From the NCBI GenBank assembly GCA_013239625.1, contig MU053629.1, positions 1,515,567 through 1,579,566 of the forward strand: a stretch of 64,000 nucleotides of DNA, given 5' to 3'. The notes below the pieces were generated by a model. The model searched no databases and was not told where the DNA came from. It was given only the letters and a program-made list of their open reading frames with translations. This stretch comes from Lama guanicoe. Taxonomy: Eukaryota. The position numbers were made by a program, and so were the translations under genes. This document shows positions 11,681 to 25,017 of the stretch, piece by piece (the first letter of the stretch is position 1; each line of letters opens with the position of its first letter).

Positions 11681-12727
11681 AAAAATTATTACTCCCCAGG
11701 TAACTATTATAATTCATTTTTCTGTAATTGAAGGTTATATTTTGTTACTGTGTTTCCCCTTTGGTCTTTGCTTTCAGGAATTTCTAAACTAAGTCTTAAG
11801 CTCATCTGCAAAAGTTCCCTCAGCCTAGGTTTTAAAAATATAATTATTCTCTCCCTCTTCATCTCCAATTCCCTTTTCTCCATTTGGATCTTGTCTCTTT
11901 CCTCTTGTTCTAATGGGTTTTGGTCTTGTTTTGAGCCACCTGAAAATCATTTTTAGAAGTATGCAGAACACAAATAAGTCAATTAAGTCGATAATACATA
12001 AGTGTCAAATTGATCGAAATACACAGACAATCCCAATATCAAATGCATAGCTGGCCATAATGTTTTAGGCTACAAAGTGAATATACATTTTAACTTGAAA
12101 TCACTCAAAAGATACTAACGAATGTTTAAAAGCTTTGATATTTCTCTTTAAACATCTGAATGATTACATTTAAAAACTATCTGTAGCCTTGGAATATAGA
12201 AGGAAAAATGTTGTTCACATAGCCAATAATATTCTTGTTCCCTACTGAAAACAGCAGTGTAGTCAGTTAGTGGGTGAAATTTATCATTTTAAAAGTTCTA
12301 CATATGTAAGTATGTAGAATAAGTAATTGGGCTCCCCTACCAGGCATAGAAAGGGCTCTCTTCCTCACCACCCAGTGGGCAGCCAGGCCAGTGGACAACT
12401 TGGTACCCTCCAGGGAACGTACTTTGAATGACCCTATCCAATGAACCACAGGCATCATTTCAAGAATGAGACCAGTGCAAGAGGCACTGTTTCCAAAAGC
12501 CTGCTTCCAGAACTTTTCAGCCCAAAACATGCAACCCAATAGCTTCAGAATGGAACTAGCACAGTTTTAAGAGCTGAAATGTTAGCTAATGTAAGTTCAG
12601 ATCACCACAGAACATCAGATCCTTTCAGAAAAACTGTAAAGAAAAGTTTGCCTTTCTTTTCTCCAGTCAGCTGCCCTACCAAAAAGAGTGCCACGTGTGG
12701 ACTGTAAAGTAGGGTGGGTGTACTCAC

Positions 12728-12899
12728 TGCCAGCTGTCATCACTTCGTGCTCCCGCTCTTCCTCCTCGTCCTCTGGCTCCGGGTGCCCCTCTTCCCGTTC
12801 TCGCTCAGCCTGTTCTTCCATTTCAGCCTCCTCATCAATGGTCCGGGTAAATGAATGCTCCTGAGGCTCAACATCTGCAGAGTCTTGATTTTCTGAGAT
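12728..12899 (-). CDS. HERC1: HERC1 exon 22 (acidic segment)
   Basis: ISENQDSADVEPQEHSFTRTIDEEAEMEEQ...EHEVMTAG; less common aAG acceptor; A|GTGAGT donor; 172 nt. Confidence 0.95.
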
Positions 12900-13307
12900 C
12901 TTGAACAAACGATCAGAGCTACACTAAATATATTTTTTTAAAATTCTGAAAAACTCCATTAAGACCTTGATTTCTATCATGGAAAATAATGCTAACAATA
13001 ATAACACATGAATTTTACTACAAAAACCCAAAAGATACACTGGATAAATCTGTAAAGATTAGAAAGAATGTATGTACACAAAATACATACAGAGACACCC
13101 AACTATGCTCCCTTCCTCAGTATTTTGATTAAAATGTCACACTATAAATTGATTCATATATATTGCTATTCAGCTATAAACTCCTAACCAGAGCTACAAC
13201 TTAAAATGAACTGAGTATGACACCAAGCATAAAAGGTAATTAAAGAACATGAAATTTGATTCCAGTTAGTCCACTTCAAGTTGTGTGTGTTGTTATTACT
13301 CTGTATG

Positions 13308-15920
13308 ACAGACTTAATGCAATCCCTATCGAATTACCCAGGACATATTTCACAGAACTAGAACAAATCATAATAAAATTTATATGGAACCACAAAAGAC
13401 CTAGAATTGCCAAAGTATTACTGAAGAAAAAGAAAGAGGCTGAAGGAATAACTCTCCTAGACTTCAGACAATACTACAGTGTGGGAGCACAAACTTGGGT
13501 TAACAAACTTTGATATTGTAATAATTGCTTTTACCAAATCATATTCTCACCTTTATGTATTTTCACCTTTATGTAAATACATAAAAAATGTATAATCAAA
13601 ACCAATGCTTTCTATATTTGTCATTATACTGCTACTACAAAGTAAAACGTCTAAAAGCAAAAAAGACTGAACTCTCAATACCAGTCACCACTGTATCAAT
13701 GGAACTTATTAGCTTAGTTGCCTTGAAGCTGCTTTGCCAGGAGAAAACTGCTACAAACTGTCTCTTTGCCATAAAAAGCAGAGACATGCTTTGCTCGCTT
13801 TGCTTAGCTCGAGGTCATAGATTCAGGGCTGCTTGTGCTTATGGAAAACCATAATTTATCCCTTGCCCTAACCGGCAGGACATGCTTTGCTTATCAGGCG
13901 TAGGTGGATAGTGTAGGCTGCTCTTGCTCACAGAAAACTGTGACTTAGCCCTTAGCTGGGAATAGGTGGGCTGCTTCTCATGCTTAGATGATTTTTGATC
14001 ATAGTGTGGAGACTCTGTGGTGGTCTGGGTTTTCGTTATCAGTTATTCAGAACACTGTAAACTTGCTCACGATTGTTTGAGGCTAAAAATAATTGCTTGT
14101 ACTATCAATATTGTAACCTTCTAAGTATAAATCAAGATTATAATGTTTCTATTTTTCGTGAACTGAAACTGCTGACCTGCACCCCTGCACGTATACCATG
14201 CCCTTTATTCCTATGACGTATTTCACTTTGATTCTTTTGTTTGACTATTCTCAAATACAAGAGCTTTGGAGGAGCTCGGGGAGTTGGTCTCCAGCTCCCT
14301 CTCACTCTCTTGATTTCATAAAGTCTTGAGTAATTTCGTTCTTGCACAGTGGGACTTTTGCTGGACAAAACCCACGATGATCAGAACCCACACTAAAGAG
14401 CTACAGTAATCAAGACAGCATGGTATTGATACAAAAACAGACATATGGACCAACGGAACAGAATAGAGAACCCAGAAATGAACCCACAAACTTTTGGTAA
14501 ACTAATCTTCGATAAAGGAGGCAAGAATATACAATGGAATAAAGACAGTCTTTTCAGCAAATGGTGTTGGAAAAACTGGACAGCAGCATGTAAATAAATG
14601 AAGCTAGAACACTCCCTTACACCATACACAAAAATAAACTCAAAATGCCTCAAAGACTTAAACATAAGACAAGATACAATAAACCTCCTAGAAGAAAATA
14701 TAGGCAGGCAAAACATCACATACATCTCAAAAATGTTCTCCTGGGGCAGTCTACCCAAGCAATAGAAATAAAAGCAAGAATAAACAAATGGGACCTAATG
14801 AAACTTACAAGCTTCTGCACAGCAAAGGAAACCATAAGTAAAACAAAACGACAACTTATGGAGTGGGAGAAAATTTTTGCAAACGATGAAACTGACAAAG
14901 ACTTGATCTCCAGAACATATAAGCATCTCATACGACATAATAAGGAAAAAAAAAGCAAACAACCCAATCCAAAAATGGGCAGAAGACCTAAACAAGCAAT
15001 TCTCCAAGGAAGAAATACAAATGATCAATAGGCACATGAAAAAACACTCAATATCACTAATTATCAGAGAAATGCAAATCAAAACTACAATGAGGTATCA
15101 CCTCACACCAGTCAGAATGGCCATCATTCAAAAGTCCACAAATGACAAATGCTGGAGAGGCTGTGGAGAAAAGGGAACCCTCCTACACTGCTGGTGGGAA
15201 TGCAGTTTGGTGCAGCCACTGTGGAAAACAGTATGGAGATTCCTCAAAAGACTAGGAATAGACTTACCATATGACCCAGGAATCCCGCTCCTGGGCATAT
15301 ATCCAGAAGGAACCCTACTTCAAAATGACACCTGCACCCCAATGTTCATAGCAGCATTATTTACAATAGCCAAGACATGGAAACAGCCTAAATGTCCATC
15401 AACAGGTGACTGGATAAAGAAGAGGTGGTATATTTATACAATGGAATACTACTCAGCCATAAAAACCGACAACATAATGCCATTTGCAGCAACATGGATG
15501 TTCCTGGAGAATGTCATTCTAAGTGAAGTAAGCCAGAAAGAGAAAGAAAAATACCATATGAGATCTCTCATATGTGGAATCCAAAAAAAAATTTTTAAAT
15601 GAACATAAATACAAAACTGAAACAGACTCAGACATAGAATACAAACTTGTGGTTGCCAAGGGGGCAGGGGATGGGAAGGGACAGACTGGGATTTCAAAAT
15701 TTGTAGATACTGACAGGCATATGCAGAATAGATAAGCAAGATTATACTGTATAGCACAGGGAAATATATACAAGATCTTGTGGTAGCTCACAGCAAAAAA
15801 AAAATGTGACAATGAATACATGTATATTCATGTATATAACTGAAAAATTGTGCTCTACATGAGAATTTGACACACCATTGTAAAATGATTATAACTCAAT
15901 AAAAAATGTTAAAAAATAAA
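13308..15920 (+). mobile_element. 5'-truncated, relatively young L1 (ORF2 3' part and 3' UTR), interrupted by a solo LTR
   Basis: ORF2 peptides [19 protein letters not shown] and [18 protein letters not shown]...[19 protein letters not shown] at 15898 followed by an A-rich tail. Confidence 0.93.
13480..14392 (+). mobile_element. ERVK/class II-type solo LTR (913 bp) inserted into L1 ORF2
   Basis: TGTGGG...CCCACA termini; 6-bp target duplication ctacag/ctaaag; L1 sequence resumes exactly after it. Orientation inferred from TATAAA (14126) and CATAAA (14317). Confidence 0.85.
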
Positions 15921-16599
15921 TGTTTAAGAATTCTATTTTCAAACAAAACAGCATTTTTTTATCTTTTGTGGTGAGAACATTTAAGTTCTACTCTCTTGGA
16001 AAATTTCAATTATATAAACAGTATTGTCTTTAATTTTTTTCTTTATTTTGTTTGCTCCTGAAGAAACCAAAAATTAGAAATCTGGTAAGGACGATGTTAA
16101 TTTTATTTCCCATGTGGGTATGCTACCTAGCAGTCATCCAGAGAAAAGAGTCCTTACAACAAGTGCTAAGAGAGTCACAAATACCATAACAGTGTATTAT
16201 TTCTCCCACAAATTTCTTAATGATATCCTAAGATGCATACTAAAAGTTATTTTGTTATTCGTGGCCGGATGGGGATACTAGGCAGTCAGACTCACACAAT
16301 CTGTAAGTATTTATTGCCATAATGTGTGAGTTTCAAAAATTTGAGCCTCAACAAAATGGTATATTTATACACTTCATGGACTTTCAAGGTCACTAACAAA
16401 TAGCCAGATCCACAAATATTAAATCAGTGCAAGCCAAAAGAATACTATAATACAAATGTAGAGACAGTTTGGTTTTTAAAGCCTAAGATCTAAATAATGG
16501 AGTGCAAAGCATCTCAAGTATGAAGTTTCAAAGCAAGCAGTTCTGAAGGTGATGTATCAGGCTATACTCATAATTACAGGATCATGTTATCAGAATTAC

Positions 16600-17170
16600 C
16601 AAGCACTTTAGAAATCATCTCATTTTTGTTGCAAGAATTACTTCTCTAACATCCTTAATAGAAGTTCATAATCTTTATCTTTAGTGGTAGACAATTCTAA
16701 TTATTAGAAAGCTTTTTTCCGTATTTTCAGCTAACAACGATTCCCCATTCAGATGTTACCCTTTGGTCCTACCTGTGCCCTCTGGAATAACAAGGAACAC
16801 ATTTATTTCTCTCCTACATGGAAGCCCTTTAAGTATTTCTAAAGCAGCTATCATGCAGCTCCCCTTTGTTTTCCTTCTCTAAGCTAGACATTTTTGACAC
16901 TTTTCAGTTTTTGTATAAGAAGATTTTCAGACCCTCACCAATCCAAGGTAGTTTGCTAATAACCCTTATAAGTTATAGCACTACAGATCAAATAGGATAA
17001 TTCAAATGTGGTCTGATCAGAATAAAATAAAGGAATAATATTTCATGTTTTGGACAATTCAATTTGTTGTTATTTGTTCAGCCTAAGAATGTACAAACTT
17101 TCTTAGCAGCCATATCATATTTGATAAATGTGGGGTTAACTAAACCCCCAGTCTCTTACTCATGCAATTT
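16600..17170 (-). mobile_element. L3/CR1-like fragment
   Basis: Degraded motifs ccttctctaagctagaca...ttttcagaccctcacca; approximate. Confidence 0.5.
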
Positions 17171-17314
17171 TTTCACTAGAAAAAGAACTATTTGACATTT
17201 ATTGAACATCTGCAATAATTAAGGCACAATTTTTTTTCCCTCACACAAACCAATACGGTGGTATATCTCACAACTTGCAGAAAAACATAGAAATTAACTG
17301 ATTTCCAACTTTAC

Positions 17315-17435
17315 CCATCTGTCTCTTGATGATGACCTGGTCTGAATAAGTTCAAGGTTCTTGCAAGCAAGTAAACGACTTCGAACTTTGTACACACAAC
17401 GGTATACTTCTGACAAGCTTTTACCAGGTTGATAT
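17315..17435 (-). CDS. HERC1: HERC1 exon 21
   Basis: RYQPGKSLSEVYRCVYKVRSRLLACKNLELIQTRSSSRDRW; TGG|GTAAAG donor; 121 nt. Confidence 0.95.
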
Positions 17436-17523
17436 CTAAATAAAGAACCAAAATAGAAAAGTTACCTAATTTCTAACATCATGAGAGCAAATATTTGTCT
17501 GAGGATAGTTTTAAGTTACTTGC

Positions 17524-17638
17524 CGGCTTTCTCCACATGCTTGGCTGAGTAAATTTGTGTGTTTCAGAAGAGCTGCGAGAACAAATCTAGACACAGTGTC
17601 CAGGAGTGATTCATTACTTAAAGTTGCACTGTCCCAGT
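17524..17638 (-). CDS. HERC1: HERC1 exon 20 (GC donor)
   Basis: DWDSATLSNESLLDTVSRFVLAALLKHTNLLSQACGES; the frame is kept only with the CG|GCAAGT donor; 115 nt. Confidence 0.93.
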
Positions 17639-17739
17639 CTGAAAATAAAAATGATGCATTGACATTTAACAGAAAACAGTTCAGAGGTAATTTTAATAGC
17701 TTTAGTAATCGAACACCTGAATTTTATCATTTTCCTAAG

Positions 17740-18620
17740 TAGTTATTTAACAAATGCACCTACTAGATCCTGCATACTGTGTTAGGGACACAGCGATGAA
17801 CAAAACTGAGCCCCAGATCTTACATGGAACTTATATTCTAGTTGGGAGGCAGGGGTTAGGGGGAGACAATAAACAAAAACATTAATATGACAGGTAAGTG
17901 TTATGGAGAAAAATAAAGCAGGGTAAGGACAACAGGGAATACTGTACTATGAGGGTTTACTATTTTACATAGGCTGGTTTGGGAAGGTCTCTGAGAAGGC
18001 TACAGTTTAGCAGAGAGGTCCAGGGGCCCTGAGGTGAGTGCAAGGAGGCCAGTGTGACCAGAGCAAAGTGTGCATGTGCAGGAGTGGTGGGAGACAGTAG
18101 AAAGCTGTCTGGGGGCCAGATCACCCGAGGCCTTGCTGGCCACTGCAAGTCCTCTAGGTTCCACTCTGAGGGAAATGGGAAGGTCCATTAGAAAGCTTTG
18201 AACAGAGGTATGGCATGATGTGATTTGTGCCCTAAAGGGCTCACTCTAACTGCCAAGTAGAGAACTTACTACAAAGACAGCAACAGCAGAAGTAATTAGT
18301 GTAGCAATTCAGGTGAGCAATGATGGTAGCTCAGACCAAAGTAGTAGCAGTAGAGGTAGTGAGAAGTGATCAGTCTCCATATGTATTTTGAAGGCAGAGC
18401 TGAAAGAATCTGTTGATGGGTCAGATGTGAAAATGAGAGAAGTCAAGGATGACTACAAACGTATTTAGAATGTGACTGGCATTTACTGAAAGAAGACCAC
18501 AAGAAGAACACTCTGGGAGATAGGTATCTGGAATCAGCAGTGTGGTTCTGAATACTCTCTACTAGACATCCTAGTGGAGATACGGAGTAGACTAGTCTAG
18601 TATGTGCGTGACTGGTTTTT
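17740..18620 (-). mobile_element. L2 LINE fragment
   Basis: gcacctactagatcctgcatactgtgttagggacacagcgatgaacaaaac...ggaacttatattctagttggg; approximate. Confidence 0.75.
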
Positions 18621-20510
18621 GAAGCCATAAAGTAGATACTGTGGATACTTGTACATTTCAGTGGGTAAGAAAGGAAACAACATTTGCACAGAGGTGAGTA
18701 CATGCAACTGAAAATTCAAATCACAGCCTTAGATGATGAGAACTAGTCAGCCGCTCTCTTTAGCTCCATGTTAATTAGCATACCAGCACTGCACTTTAAA
18801 AATGCAGCACATTCAGCAGATTCCAAGTGGGGATGGGAGGCTTATTTGTCTTCCCCACTCCCGAATGTCTGCTAGACTCTGTTACTTTGACAGATTTACC
18901 ATGCTACTTAAAAACAAAACCAAACAAACAAAAAACACCCTTGGAAAATATTAAGCCCCATGTTAACTTTATTTATTCTTAATCCTGTCCTAAAACCCCT
19001 ATTTTAAGAGATAAAAATGTTACAGCTTGGTTTTCCAGGCATTTCTGTAGGCCTAGGTAAAAAAATAAATTCAGATTTACCATTTTTACTGGTGAAAAAA
19101 TGAGTATAAACATACCACATTTTAAGAAAATCTTACAGCCCACAAAGAATCCTAAAATAAAATAATAAGTACAAATTTCTGAACATTACATTCTTGAGAG
19201 ATCATCTGTTTCAAGGGACTGCTTGCTATTCTGAGAACTGCTATGATTTAAAATCAAACAAGACTCCATTTCAAGAAGGCTAATATTCAATTTAAAAGCA
19301 AGCTAAAGTAACCTTTGCAGTGTTTCAAATTTAGCAGGTATTACCCTCCTATGCAATTTTTAAAGTAATGTGTCCTTTTACAACACCCTGATTAAAGTTA
19401 TGGTCATTTCATTCCAAGCACTACTTATTGTTCCCACTATTCAGGTATAAGCAAACAAAGCCGTACAGTGAGTTTTTATTCATCTTATATTTATGTGTAT
19501 TTTTTAAAAGTTCTCACTGCAATGTAACAAGTGACAATATTATTTAAAAGAAAATCTAACTGCACATTCCTAGAAAATGATACAAATATGAGAATATCAG
19601 AAAATTCAACTTAGAAAGTAAACTTTTTTTTTCTCCTCCATTATCATACTTTTCTACCACTGGTGGGACTCAACACGATAGAATGAATACATGAATGAAT
19701 GACAAATTGGATGAGATTAAACTTTCAAAGGTAGCAGCTCACTGGTGTTTTCTTCTCATTTTTCTTACACAAAATAGAACTTTTACTTTTACTATTTTTA
19801 TCACAGAAGGAAGAAAACCCAAAGAAATAGAGATAAGATAAGAAAGTTTAACAGAGAAAGACAACTAGGTGTATGTGATTCTGAAAAATCCAGGTCTTTG
19901 TTAATAATGGAAAACATGGGTGCTAAAAAGAAACCAGGTATATCCTTTGAAAACTTGGACATAAAACTAATTTTAGTAATCAAATAATATTAGAAATTGA
20001 AATACCACTACATATCTGCAGAACACTTTACTACTGTACTTAATAGAACACCGTATTTCAAATTATATCTTCACCAGCACTCTAAAATGGGCAAGCATTG
20101 TACAGAGGAGGAAAATGACCAGGCCCAGAGCTCAGACTTCCATACACATCCCTTCTGTTCTTATACTAGGGCTTGCCAAGGGATTCATTAAACAAGACTC
20201 TTCCACTAGATTCATTTACACTGTACAGAATCCTTCAGAAAAATGTTGCCTCTGGATTTATCTTTCATATAAACCTCAATTTTCCCACAGCGAATTTTCT
20301 TCAAGTGGGATGCATGCATATTAAAAATACACAGGGTATTTTCCACAAAGAGGAAAAAGAAACTTCTTTTAAAATGTTATCTGTAAAATTCCCTTTTGTA
20401 TAAAAAAGTAATAAGGTGGCCCCTGTAATTTTCTATTTTCACATATTACATATATATTTGTCATATTATGAGCTATCTACATATTTACCCCTTTATCCTC
20501 TTCATCTTAC

Positions 20511-20684
20511 CTTTACTAACAGCATAATCCTGCATGCTGATCCAAAGGCTTCGAGCAGGCTCTTTTGAACAACCCAATGCCAAGTCTACATAGACAGCAA
20601 TTTCAGGCCGCAATTTGTAATCAAAAGGCTTCTGTTCTTCATTTCCCGAAAGAGCTACTTCCAATAGGCAACTCATACACTTAT
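20511..20684 (-). CDS. HERC1: HERC1 exon 19
   Basis: DKCMSCLLEVALSGNEEQKPFDYKLRPE...SMQDYAVSK; G|GTAAGA donor; 174 nt. Confidence 0.96.
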
Positions 20685-20919
20685 CTAAAAAAAAAAAAAT
20701 TTACTCAAGTTATCAATTTCAAGCCTCATAAATTCTGGTGCTACAAATAAAACCTTACCATATTTACATAATGCATATGAAATGATCTATTTCAAACCAT
20801 TTTAAGTAGATGCTACAAAGGTAAAGTCCTTTAATGCTTCTCACTTGGAGGCAGTATCACTCCTTCCATCCCTCCAGAAGGGTACGTGACCCAATGTAGC
20901 ACTCAAGGGAAGAGTTCTG

Positions 20920-21033
20920 GCATTACGGTAAAGAGGGGCCAGGGAAGCTAAACATCCTGCATGCGCAGCACAGTCTTGTCTAACAAAGAAATCTCTTGTT
21001 CACAGTGGAATGATATTCTCGTTGAGAAACATG
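20920..21033 (+). mobile_element. MER20-like hAT fragment
   Basis: ggggccagggaagctaaacatcctgca...gttgagaaacatg terminus; approximate. Confidence 0.5.
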
Positions 21034-22622
21034 AGACCATTGGGAAAGAGACTAGACAAGATTTTTTTCTTTTTTCTAGTCTTAGGGAAAATAATCACTT
21101 AAGTATGATTCATGAGAGATCAAAGATATTGATACCTACATGAATAATTTCTCAATTAATATTTACATTTGTTCAGGTGGTTCCTAACTTTTCAACGGCA
21201 TTCAGAATTCATTTTCCATTGAAAAAGCAAACAAAGTAGTTCTCTATGCGATAGGTTCTTGGGCTAATATTCAAAGTCAATTTAACCCAAATAACTGAAT
21301 TTTCATATATTTACATTTTTTCCTAGTATATGTAAGTATTTAAACATAAAATGCAACATTTTAATAGTTCCATGATTTTATAATTTAAAAACTGAAAAAT
21401 AACATTAAGACTGAAATTGATCTTATTCAGACCAAAGGCCAGGTACTGAATTCAGTAGATATAACAGAAATATGAGGAAGACAGAGATACAAATACTTTT
21501 GTCCTCAGGAGGATATTTGGGACTAATACAGAGTTAAACACTGATAGCAATGGAACCAACTTTATGATGTTAAATACCCCCTGAAAAACTATGATTTTAC
21601 TTTTTTTATACAAAGGTTCCTAAGTACCAGTCTAACATTCCTCAGCCATGGCCAAAATCATTTTCTGGTTCATAAATGAAACTGAATATACATTTCTATT
21701 TGGAAAAGGACAAAAATCTTCAACAGCTCTCACTCCTACTCTCCAATCCTCCAACTCCAAAGCAGAATCTTTGTGACTTTCATCTCGGTTTCTATTTTTT
21801 GTTTTCCCTCTTGATTGAGATTCTCTTAGATTGAGGTTTCTCTTAGACCTTCCTTCTTAGACACTCTATGAGTCTCTTTCTCTTAACAGAGAAATAATAA
21901 ATTTAAGGTCTAATGAGACCAAGGCTTCTTCTAATGTAACTCATTATTTTAAGGAATGAAATTAGAGGCCCAGAAACATTAAAGGACCAACCCTAGATAA
22001 AACAACTAGATCATCTGTTGAGGCACTGGAGAAATCCTCAAGTTCAGACAGCCTGAGAGTTAGCCTACCAGTAAAGCAGGCAAATGGGAGATGAGGCAGA
22101 AAAGGAAACCCCAAAATACCATAAATGGGGAGGAAAAATACCACAATTGGGGAGCAAAAAGTGGGGAGGAATCACACAAGGTAGCATCAACATGAAAACA
22201 GGACAGACTGGGAGCAGAAGGGGTTGGCACTCACATCTGAGAGGCGCTGATGACGTGAACCTCTGGTGAGTTATGGTAAGTAACCTTCTAGAGCTTTACA
22301 TTCTATGAAGCAGTTTCATAACCTCCAAGCCCCAGAACACAAGTAGTCGAGCATTTTCCCATTTTTATTACTTAGATGACTTGCTCACGATGAGTAACAA
22401 ATAATGACAGAGTGGAAACAAACCTACATTTCCCTAATTCAGGGGCTCTTTTCACTATACAATGCTGCAGGATTAACTGGTTTTCTGAGTCTCAGATCCC
22501 CTACTCTGCAAATGCTGAATTTGTTTTCTATCAGTTCTCTATTCAGCAAACCCAGATTAAGAGAAATCTCCATCTGAGGTGCAAACACGAGCATGTATTC
22601 TAAATGCAGAGAAGCACATTAC

Positions 22623-22844
22623 CTAACTGAGGGATGTCCATTTCTACACCATCACTAAAAAGTGGTGTTTTCATCCAATATGCCGTGTCCTGTTCCTCTG
22701 GAGACACAGGGGAACCCTGAAGCATGCCACCAAGACATCGCCCAATAAGAAGAGCAATTGTTCTTTCCAGATCCACAAGCCACACCCAGGACTGGGCTGG
22801 CTGAGGTAATGGCACACCAGCAGGATCGATTAGTTCTGGCCCTC
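22623..22844 (-). CDS. HERC1: HERC1 exon 18
   Basis: GGPELIDPAGVPLPQPAQSWVWLVDLERT...GVEMDIPQL; G|GTAATG donor; 222 nt. Confidence 0.96.
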
Positions 22845-23339
22845 CTGAAGACAAAATCATTAGTAATTTATCTGACATCCAAGACTTTCAAGTTTTTTCA
22901 TTTCTACTGCACAGCAATAAGATACTGAAGCAAAAATTATTTTATAATGCAAACACAAATTATAATATTTTCTGTATATATTCTCTTTACTAGGCTAATT
23001 TAAAATATATTCAGATACCACTGCTATCAAATAAAATTTTCCTTTGTAAAGTTACCAATTTTAAGATAAACAGTGAAATAGTATATGGCAGAATTATCCC
23101 AAGGGATTCTATTTCTCCTTTTCATTATCCAGATCAAATTTCACCATAAGACTGAGTAACTGAGGTAGTTCATCTCTCCAAAATCAAAACAAGAGTTGAT
23201 CTAGTAAAATGACACTTGGTATTGTCTAACGCTTTTAAGGCCTGAATTCAGATTGTCCTGCACTAAGATACAGACCCACAGTTTCTCTTTATACATTTGT
23301 TTTTAAAAGTTCTTCGCTTAAAAAAAAAAATAAAACTAC

Positions 23340-23960
23340 ACTTAGCCATAAAGATAAGGATAGATATCAATGAAATCATAAAAGAAAAAAAGAAAAGACC
23401 AACAAATTCCAAAACTGGTTATTTGAAAACACTAGTAAAATGGACAAATCTCTAATAAAAATGATTCAGAAAAAAAGATGGCATAAATTTTAAAATTTAA
23501 AATAAAAGAGTATATAACCACAGATACATTAGAGATTTTTTAAAACCATGAGTGAATATTATACACAACTTTGTGTCAATAAATTTGAAAAACAACAAAA
23601 TCACATTTTCTGAAAAAATACCAATTTCCAAAATGGATTTGAGAAAAAAACAAAAAGCTGAAAGAGAACTATAATCACTACCAAAAAAAAAAAAAAAGAG
23701 AGAGAGAGAAAATTAACAGCCAAATCTATCTACAAAAAACACCAGGGCCAGATAGTTTTATAGATGAAGTCTTCTAACCTTTAAGAAGAGATGACCCCTA
23801 AATTACACAAATTATTTCAAAGGAAGGGAAGATTCAAAACTGATGCTGAGATTAGTATAACTGTGGTAGCAAAAATGATGCAAGAATAGCATGAAAAGGG
23901 AAAATTATGGGAAAAAAATCAGTTACAAACACAGATGCAAACATCCAAAATAAAATAACA
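23340..23960 (+). mobile_element. Old L1M ORF2 fragment
   Basis: aaaactggttatttgaaaa, ccagggccagatagttttatagatgaa, acagatgcaaacatcc motifs; heavily degraded. Confidence 0.7.
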
Positions 23961-25017
23961 CCAACTCACCTAATACAAATAGAGTAAATCTTAGCAAATT
24001 CTGGGATGCCTTAGAAAAGCAGAAGTAAGCCTAGAATGGCTCCAGATAAAGTCTAATCAACATCCTGACAGCTGTAACCTGAGCACTTGTCTCAATCCAG
24101 CTGTCACAGCCAGAGGATGGGCCCTCAAGGTATTCTGTCCAATTCCAATCTTGCCAGAAGAAACTAAGGCTTTAAGAAGCTACAAGAGACTTGCTCAAGA
24201 TCACACAGCCAAGTTACAAGCAGAGCCAATACTAAAATCTAAATCTTTTTATGCCTTAGTCTAGGATCCTTTCTAATAAAACATGTGACCTCACTTGAAA
24301 GGTTTTTAAGATTTCACTACTGAAACTCTTGTGGTAGCCTTAGGACAGATAAGACTTCAATGGAAAACCACACTGATGTTTTCTAGACATGATATTCTAA
24401 GCTACATTCAATAAAATAAAATCATCAACATTTTATAAATTAAGAGGGGATTCATGTGCCACGCCTAAAATCAAAATGCTACTTCCTATAAAGTACCTAA
24501 AAAGAAAAACATAGAAAGATAGGTTTCCAATTTTCATCTTTTACATTCAGTTATCTATATATCCAACCAAAATACAAAGTATTTTACTGTCAAATAGAGA
24601 TTTAAAACTACCAATCTTTGCATTTAAAAATAAAACTTAACCAAATCAATCCATTGATTGTAAAATATATCATTATGCTGCTGACTAAGTTATGAAACAA
24701 TGCTTTCCTGTTATCCAGTGTAAGACGTATCCCAATTAAACATGTCAAAATATGAAAAATGCATGTCAGAATCAATGAAATATACTATTCATACTTGACA
24801 ATCAGATAAAGACTCTATTCATGACACTTAGATACAAGCAACTTTCTTAAATTTTCCCATCTCGGTTGCCCACTTTAGACTGTAAGCTCTTACACAATAA
24901 CAACCTTATCTTTTGATTACATTAAATACCCAAGTGTCAGATATGATTTGCCTCATGCATGCAAGAGGAACAACTTTTCTCAAAAGCATTATTTGCTCCT
25001 TTACTATCTTTACTTAC

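Noticed and set aside
14393..15821. Minus-strand ORFs of 83-121 aa
   Set aside because: These are the usual antisense frames of L1 ORF2.
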